From: an uncultured virus (IMG/VR IMGVR_UViG_3300028586_000785)
Lineage: Duplodnaviria; Heunggongvirae; Uroviricota; Caudoviricetes
Direction: 5' to 3' (one strand)
DNA: 53,150 nucleotides
Virus record (IMG/VR): IMGVR_UViG_3300028586_000785
Shown here one piece after another: positions 49,072-53,150 of the stretch; the first letter of the stretch is position 1; the number at the start of each line of letters is the position of its first letter. Made by a program: the position numbers and the translations under genes. The notes under the pieces were generated by a model, which made no database searches, was not told where the DNA came from, and was given only the letters and a program-made list of their open reading frames with translations.

Positions 49072-49221
49072 TGGTTGACGGTGTGGAATTCTCACCCACG
49101 AAGCTTCGTTCCTGAATCTACACGCTACTAGGAGTACGACTTCCTTTCACCCTTTCCTCAGTACTATGAAGCGCCGGTTTTACCAACCGGTGTATTTGTT
49201 TACGTCTTTACATAACCGTCT
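49072..49221 (-). ncRNA. CCA-ended tRNA-like RNA with expanded D and anticodon regions
   Basis: GACGGT/ACCGTC-AA-CCA, GCTTC...GAAGC stem, GTGGG-TGAGAAT-TCCAC T-arm variant. Confidence 0.5.
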
Positions 49222-49406
49222 TTCCCATTACTGGGAGGGATCGACCGTGTTAACCCGGTATGTGATTCCCTTTATCCATTGCTGGACATTTATGTGCGCA
49301 ATACAAAGTCTTGGGCGGGCTATCATTATCCCTTGTCACTTCCGTCTTTTCAAGCCAGTACGGAACTTTATATCGCTGTCCCCAGCTACGCGCGTAGTTG
49401 GGTTTG

Positions 49407-49489
49407 TGGCAAGTGAGGGATTCGAACCCCCGAAGTCTATTGACGGCTGATTTACAGTCAGATCCCTTTGGCCGCTTGGGTAACTTGCC
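49407..49489 (-). tRNA. tRNA-Tyr(GTA)
   Basis: Cloverleaf with long variable arm. Confidence 0.95.
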
Positions 49490-49583
49490 ATGCACGCAAA
49501 CAGGGAGCGACCCTATCCACTTCGAACATTACGCTAGTGTTCGCTACGTCTAGTTTCTCTCGCCGGAGTGACTAGCAAAGAGG

Positions 49584-49665
49584 TGGTAGCTGAGGGATTC
49601 GAACCCCCGCAGGCTTAGCCGTCGCGTTTACAGCGCGGTGTCGTTGACCACTTGACTAAACTACC
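49584..49665 (-). tRNA. tRNA-Tyr(GTA)
   Basis: Cloverleaf with long variable arm. Confidence 0.9.
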
Positions 49666-49916
49666 ATTACTGATGAGAACGACAACCAAGTCCTTCATTT
49701 TGAGCCATTGGCTATATAACGGCATGTTGGCTGCCGCCCTCATCAAACCTTGTCGTGCCTCCCTCGCTCCGAAGAGCTTGTGATTATACGATAAGGAGTG
49801 GAATAGGTTTTGGCGACCTATTCCCTTTCTTTATCCACTGTGTAGTTGCCAAGATGGGTAAGTTTCTACCCACATAACCTTCCTAGCATCTTCGTTTCCT
49901 CCGCTAGGGGGTTTTG

Positions 49917-49989
49917 CAGGGATGACAGGACTTGAACCTGCAACACCCGGTTTTGGAGACCGGTGCTCTACCAATTGAGCTACATCCCT
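49917..49989 (-). tRNA. tRNA-Trp(CCA), first tRNA of the array
   Basis: Cloverleaf. Confidence 0.95.
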
Positions 49990-50038
49990 ATATTGTGTTG
50001 TGTCTTGCTTTTCTGTGTTTCTCGGTTGCTATAGTTCT

Positions 50039-50067
50039 AACTTAGCAGAGCTTCGTAACCGTGTCAA
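50039..50067 (-). promoter_or_regulatory. sigmaA-type promoter just before the first tRNA
   Basis: TTGACA-17-TAAGTT. Confidence 0.65.
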
Positions 50068-50141
50068 GCTATTTCCAGAAATTCTTTGAGAATCTTTTTC
50101 GTGGTGCTGGTGGTGCTGTGTTTGTTGCTGGTGATACATGC

Positions 50142-50187
50142 AAAAAGCCGGGAGTCCCCGTGCTTTCGCTTTGGGTGACTCCCGGCT
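50142..50187 (-). terminator. intrinsic terminator / candidate attenuator hairpin
   Basis: AGCCGGGAGTCACCC-AAAGCGAAAGCAC-GGGGACTCCCGGCT-TTTT. Confidence 0.8.
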
Positions 50188-50215
50188 AATTATGCCTTGG
50201 GTAGGTTCAATGATC

Positions 50216-50371
50216 CTACTTGTCGAGTACACCTCCGACGAAACCGCTATTCAATTGACCAAGCTTATAGGCTGGTGTTGCAATATCTGAGCACACGGGG
50301 GACTGCCATTTCTGAGCAGCAACGAGCGTACGCTGTTCAGCGTGTCCGTTCGTAAATAGCTGCTTCATCAT
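50216..50371 (-). CDS. candidate leader peptide (51 aa, contains all 20 amino acids)
   Basis: AGGAG RBS at 50382-50386; MMKQLFTNGHAEQRTLVAAQKWQSPVCSDIATPAYKLGQLNSGFVGGVLDK*; below the ORF-track cutoff. Confidence 0.55.
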   Translation of the reverse strand: MMKQLFTNGHAEQRTLVAAQKWQSPVCSDIATPAYKLGQLNSGFVGGVLDK

Positions 50372-50442
50372 GTGCGATGTGCTCCTGGGTTAGGTCAAGT
50401 GTTCTTGACGGTTTAGTGTGAGGCGTTTTACCCTACGTGTAG

Positions 50443-50471
50443 AGACTACACACATCAAAGTGTGTTTGCAA
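50443..50471 (-). promoter_or_regulatory. promoter upstream of the leader ORF
   Basis: TTGCAA-17-TAGTCT with extended TG. Confidence 0.55.
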
Positions 50472-50621
50472 CCGTTTTCGGAAACTTTCTCGAAAAACTT
50501 TTGCGAGGTGTCTCTGTACCTCTTATTACTAGTGTGGTGGTAACCACCGACATCCTCAATGGTACCACACTTGTTTCGGCTCTGCCACACCATCTAGCAG
50601 AGCCGAAACCTAGTGCATTCT

Positions 50622-51641
50622 CTACGAGAGAGTTACGTCCACCTTCGAGAAGTCCTGCTTGGTGTGTGAACCTCGGCGGGTGATTGTGGCTGCATCTAGC
50701 GCACGATCCTTGTCAAGCGTATAGAGGAACGAGTCGTCCTCGTTGAGAGCCATCCAGACTGTCTGGGAGGGATTAGCCTTGTGACCACCACCGGCAAAGG
50801 CATCTTCAAATCCTCCGCCAGCCTTCTGCTGGAACATACGACCGTAGTTGCTATCCATATTCTCTCGTCCATGCTCAAAGGAAGCAATGGCTGGTGCAAC
50901 GTTGGGACCAACAAAGTAGACCGTACGTTCAACGCCATTTATTTCAGCCTTGTGCTCAGCATACTGAAGCTCAGGTGCTTCTCTCATCTGACGAATAGCC
51001 TTAGGGATAGCCCCGTACTCATATTCACTGGAACCCATGTACTCAAATTCGTAGTAAGCACCGAATGTATCTGGCTTGTCCGTGTCGTCCTTGGTCTTTC
51101 GATTGAGAATCTGGGAGGTGTAGAAGAGATTGCTTTCATAAAGAGAGTCACTCTTGAAGTCAACAGACTTCGTGACCGGACCATTGATCACATCGTCAGT
51201 TGTGGCATCGACAGACTCAAATCCCGGAACGGAGGGAACGGCGAAGTCGCTGTACATTTCATCGTCTCGACCCGTGATGGTCAGAATCTTTTCGGCAATT
51301 TCTCTTCTCTTGGCTGCGTCTGCACCAAAATGGTCATTGATGGAGTTGAATAACGCATCTGAGAGCTTACCGAAATAGGGGGTATCCGTATCCAATAAAC
51401 GCTTGACCTGACCCCAGTCGTAATCCACCCCTCGCTTCTTGATAGTTGCACCCTTTTCCTTGTACAACTCACCGATAGCGGTACGAACCGCACGCTGGTA
51501 GGAAGGGGCGGGTGGCTTAGACGCAACCGCGCTCACACGCGATGCTGCCGAAGAGGCACCCTTGTTGAGGTTCTTGTGCACGGTGGTGCTCTTACCGTTC
51601 TTATCAACAATCGACGTTGCTACAGTGTTTGGTGAAGTCAT
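50622..51641 (-). CDS. hypothetical protein with N-terminal IVDKNG motif
   Basis: TSIVDKNGKSTTVHKN; C-terminal domain with FEYMGSSEYEYGAIP. Confidence 0.75.
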   Translation of the reverse strand: MTSPNTVATSIVDKNGKSTTVHKNLNKGASSAASRVSAVASKPPAPSYQRAVRTAIGELYKEKGATIKKRGVDYDWGQVKRLLDTDTPYFGKLSDALFNSINDHFGADAAKRREIAEKILTITGRDDEMYSDFAVPSVPGFESVDATTDDVINGPVTKSVDFKSDSLYESNLFYTSQILNRKTKDDTDKPDTFGAYYEFEYMGSSEYEYGAIPKAIRQMREAPELQYAEHKAEINGVERTVYFVGPNVAPAIASFEHGRENMDSNYGRMFQQKAGGGFEDAFAGGGHKANPSQTVWMALNEDDSFLYTLDKDRALDAATITRRGSHTKQDFSKVDVTLS

Positions 51642-51731
51642 GAAAGAATTCTACCATTTGGCTCAGACACCGTTCTGGTTAAACGACTACACCCCGGACC
51701 AGCCCAGTCCGGGGTGTAGTGAGATGAAGTG

Positions 51732-52448
51732 TTATGCCTCGACGTTGGTGGTCGTGGCGGGAGAGGTGATAACGGCTCGGGGGCTGCTCTTCACCTCGAA
51801 CGTCTCGGGGTGAGCCTTGCGAAGACGACCAAGCTGGTAGGAAGCAGACTGAACACTGGGAGCGCCAGTCCAACGCATCATGTCGGAAGCGGTGACCGCC
51901 TTGCCCTTCGCCACGTGGTTCTTGACGAGAACGAGAATCTGGTTATCGGTCTTCTTCTTGGTGCCGATGACGATCTCTCCATCCTTGTTGGTCGCCTTGA
52001 CGGTGGAACCGGAGCGCTTCTTCTGGCGGTGGATGAGGATGGCGAGGAGGTGGATGACGAACATGAGCGCGACAGGAGGTGCAGCAGCCATGATGGTGGA
52101 AGTGGTGACATCAAGCTCGCGGGTGTCATTGAGAGCCACGTGGCGGGCGTTGAGGATGATCGATGCAGCAGAGAAGAGTGCGAGCACGGACCAGGAGTAG
52201 AACTTCTCACCCCGCTTGTTCTCGAACGAAGCCAGGTAGAAGATGGCGACGGTGGCAGCGAGGATGGGACCGTCGATGATGATGGGGAAGATCCACGACA
52301 CCATCTCGGGGTTACCACTGGCGACGAACATCTCGGTCAGTGCGCGGAACGAGAGCGTGAACGCACCGATACCGATGATGGTGAGCAGGATGACCGCGAA
52401 CACCTGGAGGGAGTTTGCGGAGGTCTTCATTGCGGGCTGGTTCGACAT
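51732..52448 (-). CDS. DUF2637-like membrane protein (actinobacterial mobile elements)
   Basis: AFTLSFRAL...SWIFPIIIDG...SIILNARH...AAPPVALM..HLL; high GC3. Confidence 0.75.
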   Translation of the reverse strand: MSNQPAMKTSANSLQVFAVILLTIIGIGAFTLSFRALTEMFVASGNPEMVSWIFPIIIDGPILAATVAIFYLASFENKRGEKFYSWSVLALFSAASIILNARHVALNDTRELDVTTSTIMAAAPPVALMFVIHLLAILIHRQKKRSGSTVKATNKDGEIVIGTKKKTDNQILVLVKNHVAKGKAVTASDMMRWTGAPSVQSASYQLGRLRKAHPETFEVKSSPRAVITSPATTTNVEA

Positions 52449-52538
52449 GGTGTGCCTTTCGTTGTGACTAAGTTCTGTGGGCTGTTGTTGCTACACAGTT
52501 ATCTTAGTACGAACTTAGACAAGATGTCAAGTCAGTCT

Positions 52539-53150
52539 TTAGCTAAGTACGATTACTTGGTGCTTAGCCTTCGTCTCTTCTATCTCAACTGGGTTGGAAC
52601 CTTGAACGTATACCGTTCCGAAAGCATTGTCTTCGGGGACAACCACTACGGAAGCATCATCCTTGGAAACCATGTCTGCGCCTACACCAGCCGACAGAAT
52701 TACTGTCACGTGTGAAGATCCACTGGCTGTAATCTCAGGAGTGTGGCGCTCTCCATAAGTCTTGATGACAGCGTTACCGGCGCTCACATTGATGCGTGCC
52801 TTCTTCATCGTATCGAGGTGAATAAGAACGGGGCTATCTCCGCAGTCAAGATCTAACGAACCATCGTCGTTCAGAGAGTAGTCGGTAATCATGAACAAGG
52901 ACGACTCGTCTGTGGGCGTGTCCGCCACCACCTTATTGATAGCCCGTTCATTACCGGCTGGTCTGATCGACACATAGCGACCATCGGAGTATGCGTTGAG
53001 ATCGAAATCATCTTCACCAATAGCCTTCTGGGGCGTAACAAAGCTCACTCTCTGAGCAGCGCTAGACTTATCAGGTCTTTTGTACACGGTCGTCAGCCGA
53101 CCATTTACATCGACAACCCTCTGAGCGTTATAGGGATGAGCGACCGCCAT
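52539..53150 (-). CDS. hypothetical protein with N-terminal VVDVNG motif
   Basis: RVVDVNGRLTTVYKRP; beta-solenoid-like C-terminus; start codon is at the window edge. Confidence 0.65.
   Translation of the reverse strand: MAVAHPYNAQRVVDVNGRLTTVYKRPDKSSAAQRVSFVTPQKAIGEDDFDLNAYSDGRYVSIRPAGNERAINKVVADTPTDESSLFMITDYSLNDDGSLDLDCGDSPVLIHLDTMKKARINVSAGNAVIKTYGERHTPEITASGSSHVTVILSAGVGADMVSKDDASVVVVPEDNAFGTVYVQGSNPVEIEETKAKHQVIVLS

Noticed and set aside
51729..52715. 328-aa plus-strand ORF
   Set aside because: Antisense shadow of the high-GC3 DUF2637-like gene.

Overview
This window looks like part of a large actinobacterial mobile replicon, either a jumbo phage or a megaplasmid. There are no core chromosomal genes and no capsid, terminase or integrase genes. 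Host clues are a short-variable-arm tRNA-Leu(TAA), a tmRNA tag ending FALAA, a DUF2637-like protein and apparent leaderless genes. Positions 1-31 kb hold mostly small accessory genes: a Cas3-type HD nuclease cut by the left edge, an NTP transferase, a DNA methyltransferase, NrdH, signal peptidase I, a J-domain protein, a Rep-like protein, two HNH nucleases, a DruA-like protein, RNase H, dUTPase and RtcB. Nine otherwise unrelated proteins share an N-terminal (I/V)D(K/V)NG-x-x-T-V-(H/Y/R/N)-(K/R) motif, and six of their genes share an upstream GTC-N12-TANNNT element. Positions 31.1-50.0 kb are a minus-strand RNA island. It carries about 63 cloverleaf tRNAs covering all 20 amino acids, a tmRNA, a minimal RNase P RNA, an SRP domain-IV mini-hairpin and a 48-nt-period structured repeat array. 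It also carries more than a dozen non-canonical tRNA-scaffold RNAs: D-loop inserts up to about 237 nt, an acceptor-swapped double tRNA and a circularly permuted YrlA-like tRNA mimic. At the head of the island is an unannotated 51-codon leader ORF containing all 20 amino acids, followed by an antiterminator/terminator, which may be a general translation-stress attenuator. All calls were made by eye, with no database searches or folding programs.
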